Origin: Octopus bimaculoides
Lineage: Eukaryota
DNA length: 64,000 nt
Direction of reading: 5' to 3'
Assembly: GCF_001194135.2 (NCBI RefSeq)
Contig: NC_068981.1
Span: 193,045,293 to 193,109,292, forward strand
Shown: one piece after another, positions 13,427-25,581 of the stretch
How the letters are laid out: each line of letters opens with the position of its first letter
Position numbering within the stretch: position 1 is the stretch's first letter
Notes under the pieces: generated by a model
What the model was told of the DNA's origin: nothing
Databases searched by the model: none
Seen by the model: the letters and a program-made list of their open reading frames with translations, nothing else
Made by a program: the position numbers and the translations under genes

Positions 13427-13770
13427 GGAGGTGCATGGCTCAGTGGTTAGAGCGTCGAGCTTACGATCGTGAGGCTGTGAGTTTGATTCCTGGACCAGGC
13501 TGCATGTTGTGTTCTTGAGCAAGACACTTTATTTCACATTGCTCCAGTTCACTCAGCCATAGAAATGAGTTGCGACGTCACTGGTGCCAAGCTGTATCGG
13601 CCCCTTTGCTTTTCCCCTGGATAACATCAGTGGTGTGGAGAGGGGAGGCTGGTATGCAAGGGCGACTACTGGTCTTCCATAAACAACTTTGCCTGGACTT
13701 GTGCCTTGGAGGGTAACTTTCTAGGTGTAATCCCATGGTCCCATGGTTATTCATGACCAAAGGGGGTCAC
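13427..13770 (+). mobile_element. tRNA-derived SINE family C, near full length
   Basis: A/B boxes tggctcagtggttagagc and gagtttgattcc, followed by gttcttgagcaagacactttatttcac. Confidence 0.9.
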
Positions 13771-13819
13771 CCATATATAGATATATGTATGTATATATAT
13801 ATATATCAGGTATTGAAGC

Positions 13820-14100
13820 CATCCTCATCAAAATGCAGCTTAGATGGTCAGGTCACCTCTCACATAGGAATGATATCAGAATTGTGAAGTAACTTCTCTT
13901 TGGCCAATTTCCAACAGGAAGGTCAGGCAGAAGGTCACTCTTTCATTTCAAAGACAATCTGAAGTAATGCAACATTCCCATTTCATCCTGGAAAGACTAG
14001 GCATCAGAATGAAGTCTTGTTTCTCCTCAATTCAAAGATCTTAGTAGATTCAACTCCAACATCGCGACCAACTTCATGCAATCATGAAGTAATGCTGCCA
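13820..14100 (+). mobile_element. RTE (BovB-like) LINE C-terminal relic
   Basis: Manual translation LIKMQLRWSGHLSHRNDIRIVK*LLFGQFPTG...FKDNLK, matching the RTE QLRWAGH motif. Confidence 0.7.
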
Positions 14101-15491
14101 AAATGCTGCTCCTCTAAATGAAAACCTTACCTGTCATTGTGGTTTTCTGGCAGGGAGTCTTACCATCCACTCAAGGAAACACATAGTAAATGATCCACAA
14201 GCACTTGAACAAACTGAGTTCCCAACTTGTTCCATTAACCAAAAGGTTTGCAAGGCACCAGCAGGCTTCAAGAGACATATTCATGTCATAGAACATGATT
14301 ACTGCTGTATTTTACTGAACTGTCATTTGTCATTCATGATGAGAGAATCCATCATCATATATATATGTATATGTATAAGCATCTCTCATATTGTGGAAAT
14401 GTAATATTCTTGAAAATTAAGCCACAACATGAGATTCTGTAGTCACTATAAAACTGATAGGAACACAATGTTTCTCTAATGTGTGGGTTGGCTATAGCTA
14501 TATTATATGTGTTGTATTATAGCTGTGAACATTGATTATAGCTGTAAATATTGATTGAAACTATTACCATTTGGTGGAAAATTTTAACATGCATCTAAAC
14601 TTTTATGTGAATCAATTATGTTCAATTGATTAAAACCAAGTAAAACTTCAAAGTCAAACAGATTAATGGGTATCTCTTTAGAGAGGAATTTTATAAAAGT
14701 TATATAAAATAGTTGATGATGTTACCTAATATTCACCTAAATTCCTCAGGTTTTGGCATCAATCATTAATTGGATCTGGCTGATAGATTAACAGAGGAAA
14801 ATATAAAAGAAGGTAATCAGGATGATAATGCCAAGTCTTCAACAAATGCTATATTTCCAGATGAAATCATTCTTTGTAAATTAAGAATTTCGTAGTCTTT
14901 TAGCATGGAACTGAAATTCTCATTATGAGATGTCTGCAAAACAAATACTGGAATTCTTCAACAATCAAAGATAGTAGACTGACTTAGATGAAGGAATTAT
15001 AAAAGTTCTTGGAATTAAATGATTTAATAGTGAGAACATATTGGTGATTGTTATTTTAATTATTTTGTTATTATAATCGTTGTTTCATCTCATAGGGGCT
15101 CCCATACTGAAAATACAGATTTTTGTGTCAGATCACAAAAATCATATTTTAGTTTTGAAATAAGTAGATTCCATTCACACTTTTTGGGGGGAACAAAAAA
15201 GGCCCGCAAAACAAAGATGTGTCTTTAAATAGAATCTTACTTGTCTGAGATATTTTGCCTGAGTGAACCTAATGGATCTCACAATGAGCAATTAGATAAT
15301 ATTAGAATGGAAGGATTAAGAATTAATAGTTTTGCTCATGAATACATAACAATCCTATTGACAGATTACAGTTGAGATATTAGTGTACAATAGATACAAG
15401 CATATCTTTATTCAGGAATACCTCAGTTACAACAGCTAATGTGGTTAATGCATGCATCTGCAGCTAATACCTGTTGATATTTACTGCATGA

Positions 15492-15710
15492 GTAAGGCAA
15501 TGAGCTGGCTGAATCATTAGCACACAGAACTAAATTCTTGGCAGTATTTTGTCTGTTTTAACATTCCAAGTTCAGTTTCTGCCGAGGTCAGTTTTGCTTT
15601 TTATCCTTTTGGGGTCAATTAAATAACTACCAGTGGAACACTGAGATCGATGTAATCAACCTATACCCTCCCTTGAAATTACTGACCTTGTGCCAAAATT
15701 TGAAATTGAT
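15492..15710 (+). mobile_element. SINE family B
   Basis: gagctggctgaatcattagc...gccgaggtcagttttgctttttatcctttttggggtc...gccaaaatttgaaa. Confidence 0.75.
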
Positions 15711-15769
15711 ATTTACTGCAAGAGCATCACAGAATTTAAAACTGCAGTGTTCAAATATATAAATATCTT

Positions 15770-16085
15770 TTATCTTTTACTTGTTTCATTCATAGGATTG
15801 TGGCCATGCTGGAGCACCACCTTGAAGGGTTTAGTAGAACAAATTGACCTCAGTACTTATTTTTAATACTATTCTATCGGTTACTTTGGTTAAATCACTA
15901 AGCTATAGAGATGTAAACAAACCAACATCCATCCATTCATCCATCATCATCATCATTTATCACCACCATCATCATCATCATCAGGAACTAGTAAACTAGA
16001 GAACTGCACCAAGCTCCACTGTCTGTTTTGGCATGGATTTTACAGCTGGATGCCCTTCCTAGCACCAACCACTTTACAAAGTGAA
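15770..16085 (-). mobile_element. SINE A tail (15770-15925) plus family D stub (15985-16085)
   Basis: tcttttacttgtttca...ggccatgctggagcaccacc, then (CAT)n...cagctggatgcccttcctagcaccaacc. Confidence 0.7.
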
Positions 16086-16399
16086 CCCACTGATAGGCTT
16101 CCACACAATTTCTATCTACCAAATTAGGGACTTGCTTCTGAACCTGGTTGAGGAGATCTAAGTAACAAGATGGTGCATCTTCCCCCAAATATGACAACAA
16201 CATTCCATACAAGGATGAATTGTGGGCTTGTTATGATACAAAATGGTTTTGGATGTGAGGTAGTCCTTTGACCTATACAATCTTATAGGAAGCAGACAAA
16301 CCAATCGATTAAGAACCCCAAGAAAGATCAGGTAAGAAAGTAAGACCAAGCACTTTGAAAGAAGACCTTTCACCAAATGGTTTGACTGTCTCACCATGT

Positions 16400-17085
16400 C
16401 ATACTTCAGACCTATAGAGGAACATAAGGCTCCTACTTCCTACTGAAAGACACAAATTCGTCTTGCCTTGGTTGAAATAGCTAGTCTCTGATCTTCGAAT
16501 AGGGAGTCACATCGGACTGTAAAATCCCACAGTATCTTATGTTCCTTGTTCTCGGTGACTCCTGATTCATGTTCATATCATTTCCGTGCCCTGTTTAGGC
16601 TGTACTTTCCACATAGCCTCCAGTGGACATGGATTTTCAGGTGGGGCCCAGCTAGAATTTTCTTCAGGTTTTGTTCAAGCTTCTGGAGTCTTGCATGCAT
16701 AGCGGGATTATTACCTGCAGCTTACAGTACCATGCTATCCATTCTTTTCAGCTATTTGATACTTTCCTGATTATTCTGGCCATGCCATGGAGGCAAACCT
16801 TTTGTAACAGTTCTACAGGGCACTCTATTCCAATTTCCTCTATATTCCCCTCGATGACTTCTGATATTGTTCCCAGGGACCCAACAATAATAGGCATTAT
16901 CTTCACCTTCATTTTCCATTGCCAGGCTATTTCGTACTTAAGAGGGTTGTAGTTATTTATCTTTTTGCTTTCCTTCTTGACTATTTGTGGGTCAAAGGAG
17001 CCTGCAACATCAACTATAAAGCATATGTGGTGCATCTTGTCAACCATCAATAGGTCCGGTCTGTTACAATTTAGCACCTGACTAT
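16400..17085 (-). mobile_element. Two head-to-tail R4/Dong-like RLE LINE fragments
   Basis: ORF 16748-17077 RPDLLMVD...IVDVA...KKINNYNPLKYEI...PIIVGSLG...LQKVCL (PD-(D/E)xK RLE). Second piece 16440-16640 reads VHWRLCGKY...YEH...HKILWDF. The 5' flank is degenerate (AAT)n on the sense strand. Confidence 0.85.
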
Positions 17086-17607
17086 TATTATTATTACTCT
17101 TATAATTATTATTAGTACAAAATCCCTCACAAGATGGGCTGATTTTGATTTCAACTTTGATTGTACATGCACTGAATGAGTGCTGAAATGAGGATAAACA
17201 ACAACAGAAGCAGTAGTATCAATAAGAGCAACAACAACAACAACAACATATCTAAATGCGTGGCTTTCGTCAGCATATAGTTTATTTAAGATGTTAAGAA
17301 AAATATATATGAAGAATTATTTTGTGGTTGGGAAGCTAAAGCTAGGATTACAGACCCTTCTCATCTTTCTACTCCATAAACTGTTTTGTTTATCAAAAAC
17401 ACTCCAGCATATTTATATTGTTGTCATCACTTTAAGGCATTTGGGCGGACATTTTGTATAGTTCTCAGAAAAGAATCACATTTGTCTTAGGTATCAGTTT
17501 TGACACCTGATTGGAACCATTCCAATTTATTTACACTGTTAATGGATTTCTGGAAGGCATGAACATCACACATTTATTTTTTTCTTGCCATTATAAATTT
17601 ATGGTTG

Positions 17608-17830
17608 GTCTTGATGTTTAGTTCCTAGATCTTAACCCTGACCTGGCAGGTCTTATAGACCTGCTAGGTCAAAGGCACATTCCAGCCTTGACCATATCTT
17701 CTGGAGGGAATCTTGAAATCATTATGTATTATGTACTTTCTATATTTAAGGATTCTAAAATGTGAAGTGAGGAAGATTTGGCTAACATTTCTAGTGGGTT
17801 GGACAACCATGCAGATGTATCCATGTTGTG
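17608..17830 (-). mobile_element. Family F repeat
   Basis: gacctgctaggtcaaaggcacattccagcc...gaagatttggctaacatttctag. Confidence 0.6.
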
Positions 17831-17887
17831 GCATTTTGCCCTTATATATATTCCAGTTTTTAAATTAATATTTTGTATTGTATTGTC

Positions 17888-18130
17888 ATAGGCATGGCAG
17901 TATGGTTACAAAGCTTGCTTCCCAACCATTCAGTCTCAGGTTCAGTCCTATTGCACTTCACCTTGAGCAAGTGTTTTCTAAGATATCCTTAGACTGACTG
18001 AAGCCTACTGTTTGAAAATAGATGAGGAATGACAACAGGAAGGGCATTCACTGTAGAAAATCTGCCTAAAAAATGCTATCTGACTCATGCAAGCATGGAA
18101 ATGTGGATGTTAAATGATGATGAAGATGAT
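17888..18130 (+). mobile_element. Chimeric SINE: family A head + RTE-type (family D) 3' tail
   Basis: Head ggcatggcagtatggttacaaagcttgcttcccaacc...ccttgagcaagtg, then aagggcattcactgtagaaa...gcatggaaatgtggatgttaaatgatgatg. Confidence 0.7.
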
Positions 18131-18821
18131 GGTTTTTGTATTGATATTTGGTCTTTTTATTATAGTGTTTTCATAGAAATTCTGGAAATATAATGTTGCT
18201 ATGTTGCATTATAACTTATATTAGCATTACATCTGTATAAAATGCAGTAGAAATGGCATAGAAATTAGAGAAACTAACTGAATCTCTACTTATTAATAGT
18301 GTGTATAAATGTTGACTGGCTGGTTTATTTTTTCAAGCATACATGATATGATATTGTGGGAGAGTGGGAGAGAACAGAAGACAGATACAGAGAGTTAACC
18401 TAAGAGGTACAGAATGAGTGCACATCCTAGGCTTAATGGCAGACAATGAGTAAAAGAATTCTACTGCATACACACATAGAGTGAGAGACAGACAGAAGGG
18501 TTGTAGAAATTAAGGAGAAGAGGAGAGGGAGGAGGAAGAGAAATGAGTAAATGACAAAGTAATAACTAAAAGAGTTATACAAATGAGAAATTTGTTCATT
18601 TAATTTATTTTAAAGTAACAAGTATTTTTCTTTGAAAATTAATATTTATTTCATCATTTTGTATAAGTACCAAGAAATTTGATAAAAGTTGAATTAATAT
18701 TATTGTATGTTTGCTATATTTCCTGATACTATCCCATGGTGTCAAAACTCTATTTCCAAAGTTACCCATCATATGACATGTAACACTAGTATTCTATGGT
18801 ACATTTTTTTTAATGTTAGAT

Positions 18822-19125
18822 CATCATCATCATCATCGTTTAATATCTGTTTTCCATGCTGGCATGGGTTGGATGGTTTGACTGAAGCCTGGAGAGCTAG
18901 TGGCTGCACCAAGCTCCAATCTGATCTGGCAATGTTTCTACAGCTGGATGCCCTTCCTAACGCCAACCAATCCGAGAGTGTAGTGGGTACTTTTTACGTG
19001 ACACCAGCACAGGAGCCAGTCAGGTAGGCCTGGCATCGGTCATGTTTGGATAGTGCTTTTTACATGCCACTGGCATGGGCGCCAGTCTTGGGGTACTGGC
19101 ATTGGCCATTTAGGGGTACTGGCAT
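18822..19125 (-). mobile_element. Family D (RTE 3' end) copy
   Basis: (CAT)n-gtttaatatctgttttccatgctggcatgggttggatgg...cagctggatgcccttcctaacgccaacc. Confidence 0.85.
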
Positions 19126-19324
19126 AGGTAATTATCTTAAATTAAAATATACACTTGAAAGAACTTTACATTAAAATACTAGTGTGTATAACAATTTAGA
19201 ATGTGTATACAAACAGAAAAACACTAGCTGTAACATCTTATCTCAGAGAAACTTGTCTAAGAGAATTACATTAAAAACACATGACCTTGTTCAGATTAAT
19301 TCTACCAAATAATTACCCTTCTAC

Positions 19325-19515
19325 TATAGGCACAAACCTGAAGTTTTGGGGCAGAGAGTTAATCAATTACATCAGTCCCAGTACCCAACTGGTGCTTATT
19401 TCATGGACCTTGAAAGGACGAAAGGTAAAGTTGACCTCAGTGGAATTTGGACCCACATGGATGAAATATTGCTAAGCATCTTGTCCACATGCTAACAATT
19501 CTGCCATCTGACAGC
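19325..19515 (-). mobile_element. SINE family B
   Basis: ggtgcttatttcatggaccttgaaaggacgaaaggtaaagttgacctcagtggaatttgg. Confidence 0.7.
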
Positions 19516-19571
19516 CTTAATAATAACAATCCTTTCTACAACAACAATGAGGATGACGACAACAACAACAA

Positions 19572-20932
19572 CATGGAATTTGGCCTTGACAAGTGTGCAA
19601 AAGCTTCATTCAAATGTGGTAAACTTACAGCTAATACCATGACCAACCTTGATCATGATACATCTATCAAGGACCTGGATCAAGAAGGCTTTTATAAGTA
19701 TCTTGAGGTACATGAATGGAAAGGGATTCAGCATGGATCAGTGAAAGAGAAGATCAGGAAAGATTATTATTGATGTGTCAGAATGGTTCTAAATGCTGAG
19801 CTGAACTCTCAGAATAGAATTGCAGCTATAAACTCCCTGGTAGTACCAGCTGTTCAGTATAGCCTTAATGTCATCAACTGGAATCTGAGTGAAATCTAGC
19901 ATATGGACATAAAGACCAGGAAACTGCTTGTACTAAACAAGATGCACCACCTAAAATCAGACATCTAGAGCCCTAATCCAACTTGAAAGTCCTATAAAAC
20001 AACAACAATAGGACTCCAAATGTACATCCAGAGTAACACCAACTGGATGGTACAGCTGGTAAGGCAACATGAGCAAATTAAGAAATTAGACTCAATCTCA
20101 ATGGAAGCATATAAATACAAACAAGAGCTTAACCTGTCTGATTGTGATGATGATAAGGAGGGCACACCACCCACTAAAGCAGCAAAAATGTGTAAAACAA
20201 AAGCCGAACAGGAAAGCTTGAAGGTAATATCGAGACTGTGGAAAGAAAAACCATTGCATGGGCAATACCCCAAATGAGCTGGGGAAGCTGATGTAGATAA
20301 TGAGAAGAACACATCAGTGACTGCAGAGTGCTGGTTTGAAAGATGAAACAAGGATTTATCCTAGTGGCACAAGATCAGAGCCTCCTCACCTAGAACTATC
20401 AAGCTAATGCCACACACAATAGGGTAGACACAAAGTATAGACTCTGCAATGACAAACTTGAGAGTGTAGACTGTGTTGTTGCTGGTTGCTCAGTCCTTGT
20501 TTCTACAGAATATAAAACCAGGCATAATCAAGTTGGCCAATACTTGCACTAGAACATATGCTGTCACTGTGAAACCCCACACCTTAAGAACTGGTATGAA
20601 TACCATCCAGAGGTAGTCACTGAGGGAAAGAATGTTACTATCCTATGGGATTATGGGATACATATAGACAGGCAAATAAATGATAATAGAACAGACATCA
20701 TCAAAGACCTAAGACAAAAAAAAAACATGCCTGTTAATTGAAATGACAGTGCCTAGTAATAGAAACATCTCAGCAAGGGAATTTCAAAAATTGTTGAAAT
20801 ATAAAGAACCTTGAGATTGAGATATCTAGGACATGGCAACTGAAAGCCAACACCACCTCTGTTGTTGGAGGTGCCCTGGGAATGATCAAGAAAGGTAGTG
20901 ACAAATTTTTTGTCCAGATCACTGGGAAACCG
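19572..20932 (+). mobile_element. R4/Dong-like LINE relic: RT C-terminus, zinc knuckle, RLE
   Basis: ORFs MEFGLDKCAK...YKYL and LWKEKPLHGQYP, plus DQSLLT..Y, CRLC, RHNQV, ILWDY and GALGMIKKG. Starts after (AAC)n and stops at (AAT)n. Many stops. Confidence 0.85.

Positions 20933-21010
<78 letters not shown>
20933..21010. repeat. (AAT)n, 26 units
   Basis: Seen directly. Further runs at 21422-21460, 21942-21966 and 22123-22186. Confidence 0.98.
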
Positions 21011-21013
<3 letters not shown>

Positions 21014-21421
21014 GACTGGATATAGTTGTCAGAGATCACCGAGAAAAATTGTTTTCTAATTGACATAACCATCCCTACAGATAACAATGTATCTCTAAGA
21101 GAAACAGAAATCTTTGAAATACAAATATCTGGAAATATAAATAGCCTGAATGTAGAACCTAAAAACAAAACAATTCCTATAATAATAGGTGCATTAGGTA
21201 TGATTAAAAACTTACAGGCAAATACACAACCAAAACACAAGGACTTATGAATATATATGACATACAGAAAATAGCACAACTAGTCACCGAACACATCCTA
21301 CATAAAGCACTTTTAATACAGTGAAAATAACAACACCGAAACAAACCACAGCGCATACCCAAGGCACACAGAGCTGTGCTCAGCAGTGCATTGAAAGCAT
21401 GTGATAAAAATAAGCCTACTG
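21011..21421 (+). mobile_element. 5'-truncated R4/Dong-like copy (RLE + 3' UTR)
   Basis: KNCFLIDITIPTDNNVSLRETE...IPIIIGALGMIK. The 3' end cctactg runs into (AAT)n. Confidence 0.85.
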
Positions 21422-21460
21422 AATAATAATAATAATAATGATAATGATAATAATAATAAT

Positions 21461-21941
21461 AAGAAGAAGAAAGCAACCATACTCTGGGATATGCCAATAC
21501 ACACAGATAGAGAAATTAAGGTAAATAGACCAGATATAGTTGTCAAAGATCATGAAGGAAAAAAATGCCTTCTAATTGATGTTTCAATACCAGCAGATGA
21601 CAACGTTTCTCTAAAAGAAATGGAAAAACTTTCAAAATACAAAGACCTGGAAATAAAGATAACTCGAATGTGGAATCTAAAAACAGAAACAATTCCTATC
21701 ATAGTAGGTGCCTTAGGTATAATAAAAAAATATTCAGACAAATACATAACAAAAACACCAGGACTTACAAATATATATAACATACAGAAAATTGCACTAC
21801 TGGGTACTGCACACATTCTACGCAAAACACTTTCAATACAGTAAACATAAGAGCACCACAGCAAACCACAGCACATACCCAAGGCGCACAGAGCTGCGCT
21901 CGGTAGTGAAGTGAAAGCACGTTATAAAAATAAAACTACTG
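21461..21941 (+). mobile_element. 5'-truncated R4/Dong-like copy with uninterrupted RLE reading frame
   Basis: ORF ILWDMPIHTDREIKVNRPDIVV...LIDVSIP...EKLSKYKDLEI...PIIVGALG...QKIALLGTAHILRKTLSIQ* (stop 21844). The 3' end actactg runs into (AAT)n. Confidence 0.92.
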
Positions 21942-22123
21942 AATAATAATAATAATAATAATAATAAAGAAACAGTAAGAAGAGTGCGACTGTTATCGAA
22001 TGAACAATATTTCGACATCTCATGTATCTTCCACAAGTTCAAAATAAACATCTCAATCTACTTCATTTTGGTAATATTTAAAGGATTGATGTTACTCCTC
22101 CAGAAAGTAAAGAGACAATATGA

Positions 22124-22185
<62 letters not shown>

Positions 22186-22186
<1 letters not shown>

Positions 22187-22330
22187 TGCCAATTATTGTT
22201 GGGTCCTTGGGGACAGTATCAGATGACGCCTAGTGGAATATAATGGAAATGGTTATAGAGTGCCCAGTGGAGCTGATGTGAAAAGTTTGCCTCCTTGGTA
22301 CAGCCAAAATGTTGTGGCAAGAGTCCCATG
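22186..22330 (+). mobile_element. R4/Dong-like RLE C-terminal stub (subfamily of 16748-17077)
   Basis: LPIIVGSLGTVS...IECPVELM*KVCLLGTAKML, immediately after (AAT)n. Confidence 0.75.
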
Positions 22331-25300
22331 GGGGATTGGAAGAATGGACTAGCCGAACTCTTATAAAGAGTAGTGCATTGGTTGAGACGAGAGGTTGGTA
22401 TGATTTGTTGAGAGGGTATTTTGGAGTCTCAAGAAGTATGTCATGTGAACACATTGATTTTTACCTCCACATTGTTAAATTACATGTCCAATGTTTGTCA
22501 AGGATATAAAACAAAATCATCAAGAAAGTATTAGATATTTGAAGATAATGATACCACAAGTTGCAGGTAGCAAGCCCACTACTCATGCATGACTCCAGGA
22601 ATTCCAAAAAAACCTGTGTTAAAAGAATGGTAATGATAATAATGATGATGATGATGATGATGATGAATATGGCAATCTGTCTTTATCAAAAGGCTAACAT
22701 GTTCTATCAAAGAGCTACCATCCTCATAACCTCTTTTCAGTTATTTCTAACAAAAGTTCAATGATTGGGGGGAACAATTTAGTTGAAATGGTCTGTTAAA
22801 ATATGTAATTTGCTACTTACAGAAGATATTCATCTCCATTAATATTAGCCAAATCATGTACATTGTAAACATACATTTGCAGGTATCATAAATAGTTGTT
22901 GCTGCTTTGTTTAATAAATTCCTCCTCTCGCAGCCAGAGAAAACCTTTCTGTTAGGTTCAGCAGTTTTAGAGAGTTGGAACCAGAGACAAGAGATATATT
23001 AGCTATTTCTATGGATTAGGTATTTGTATATTTCATACATTCTGCCATATCAATGTGTATCAGGTAACACACTAGACACATCTTCAGTATTATTAGCAAG
23101 ATTATCTTAATTAGATATTTCATACATTCACATATTTTTTGGTGTCAGATGTAATGTAAGTAGTTAAGTGCTACTGTATAATAAGCAAGTGGCTCTCTGA
23201 TTTACACAACTGAGATGAAATCCTAGCAGGGGGCTACAGAAGGAAAGTTAAGGTGGGTGAACAACTAAGTGGAAACCTAGGGCTACAGAAAGGACAAATC
23301 CTTTCAAAGTATTTGAAGGCATAACTTAGTTTTAGTTTGGTGTATGAAGTAACACATGGAAGAAAGCAAGACACACACATGCGCAAGCATGTACACTGAC
23401 ATACATGCATTCATATGCACAGATATATAGGCAGACACACACACACACACACACACACACNNNNNNNNNNTGCATTGGTTGAGACGAGAGGTTGGTATGA
23501 TTTGTTGAGAGGGTATTTTGGAGTCTCAAGAAGTATGTCATGTGAACACATTGATTTTTACCTCCACATTGTTAAATTACATGTCCAATGTTTGTCAAGG
23601 ATATAAAACAAAATCATCAAGAAAGTATTAGATATTTGAAGATAATGATACCACAAGTTGCAGGTAGCAAGCCCACTACTCATNNNNNNNNNNNNNNNNN
23701 NNNNNNNNNNNNNNNNNNNNNNNNNNNNNNNNNNNNNNNNNNNNNNNNNNNNNNNNNNNNNNNNNNNNNNNNNNNNNNNNNNNNNNNNNNNNNNNNNNNN
23801 NNNNNNNNNNNNNNNNNNNNNNNNNNNNNNNNNNNNNNNNNNNNNNNNNNNNNNNNNNNNNNNNNNNNNNNNNNNNNNNNNNNNNNNNNNNNNNNNNNNN
23901 NNNNNNNNNNNNNNNNNNNNNNNNNNNNNNNNNNNNNNNNNNNNNNNNNNNNNNNNNNNNNNNNNNNNNNNNNNNNNNNNNNNNNNNNNNNNNNNNNNNN
24001 NNNNNNNNNNNNNNNNNNNNNNNNNNNNNNNNNNNNNNNNNNNNNNNNNNNNNNNNNNNNNNNNNNNNNNNNNNNNNNNNNNNNNNNNNNNNNNNNNNNN
24101 NNNNNNNNNNNNNNNNNNNNNNNNNNNNNNNNNNNNNNNNNNNNNNNNNNNNNNNNNNNNNNNNNNNNNNNNNNNNNNNNNNNNNNNNNNNNNNNNNNNN
24201 NNNNNNNNNNNNNNNNNNNNNNNNNNNNNNNNNNNNNNNNNNNNNNNNNNNNNNNNNNNNNNNNNNNNNNNNNNNNNNNNNNNNNNNNNNNNNNNNNNNN
24301 NNNNNNNNNNNNNNNNNNNNNNNNNNNNNNNNNNNNNNNNNNNNNNNNNNNNNNNNNNNNNNNNNNNNNNNNNNNNNNNNNNNNNNNNNNNNNNNNNNNN
24401 NNNNNNNNNNNNNNNNNNNNNNNNNNNNNNNNNNNNNNNNNNNNNNNNNNNNNNNNNNNNNNNNNNNNNNNNNNNNNNNNNNNNNNNNNNNNNNNNNNNN
24501 NNNNNNNNNNNNNNNNNNNNNNNNNNNNNNNNNNNNNNNNNNNNNNNNNNNNNNNNNNNNNNNNNNNNNNNNNNNNNNNNNNNNNNNNNNNNNNNNNNNN
24601 NNNNNNNNNNNNNNNNNNNNNNNNNNNNNNNNNNNNNNNNNNNNNNNNNNNNNNNNNNNNNNNNNNNNNNNNNNNNNNNNNNAAGTAACACATGGAAGAA
24701 AGCAAGACACACACATGCGCAAGCATGTACACTGACATACATGCATTCATATGCACAGATATATAGGCAGACACACACACACACACACACACACACATGC
24801 CTACATACACACATACACACACACACACTTACACATGCCTACATACACACATATACACACACAGAGACACACATACACATTCACACATACACACTCACAC
24901 ACATTCATACATACACACACAGAAATACACACAGACACACATACACACTCACACACATTTANNNNNNNNNNTACACACACAGAAATACACACAGACACAC
25001 ATACACACTCACACACATTTAAACATACACACAGAAGCATGCACATACATACATTTGTACACACATACACATGCACTCACACATATACTCACATTCTTCA
25101 CACACACACATACACATATGTATGTACACACACGAAAACATATGCACATATGTATGTACATGCATACACACACACTGGCTGGTATCTGTTGTGGTGGTTG
25201 TGATGTAGTGTTGGTAGTGGCCATATTAAACTAAGGTACCTAATTAACTCTAACATGCTGGAGTTGGTATAGGTGAAGGCAATGCACTTTACCACAATTT

Positions 25301-25499
25301 CTCTTTACCCAGCTTGATTAACAAAGCTTGGGTATACCTGTTGCTACAATAGAAAGCACACACACCTAAGGTGCTGCTCATTGGGATCAAACCAGGTACC
25401 AGGTGTCTTAGAAGTGAACATCTTAATGGTGAGGATATATTTGAGCTCTGTATAGAAGTTTGCTTCCCAACCACATATCTTTCTTATATGCACACAAAC

Positions 25500-25538
<39 letters not shown>

Positions 25539-25550
25539 CGCATGTACATG

Positions 25551-25581
<31 letters not shown>

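Noticed and set aside
13427-13500. tRNA-like sequences (also 9440-9513, 55160, 4598)
   Set aside because: These are SINE heads: no acceptor-stem closure, and they continue into SINE bodies.
20933-22330. Repeat-spacer alternation superficially like a CRISPR array
   Set aside because: The repeats are variable-length (AAT)n, the spacers are homologous LINE ends, the DNA is eukaryotic, and there are no cas genes.
22374-23683. Exact 213-bp direct repeat (22374-22586 = 23471-23683), and 23347-23460 repeated at 24683-24796
   Set aside because: Identical copies start or end exactly at N gaps (10-N and ~1-kb). This is typical scaffolding overlap artefact rather than real duplication.
23558-25234. 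Longest ORFs in the track (350-450 aa)
   Set aside because: They consist of N-gap X runs and (CA)n/(TA)n translation.
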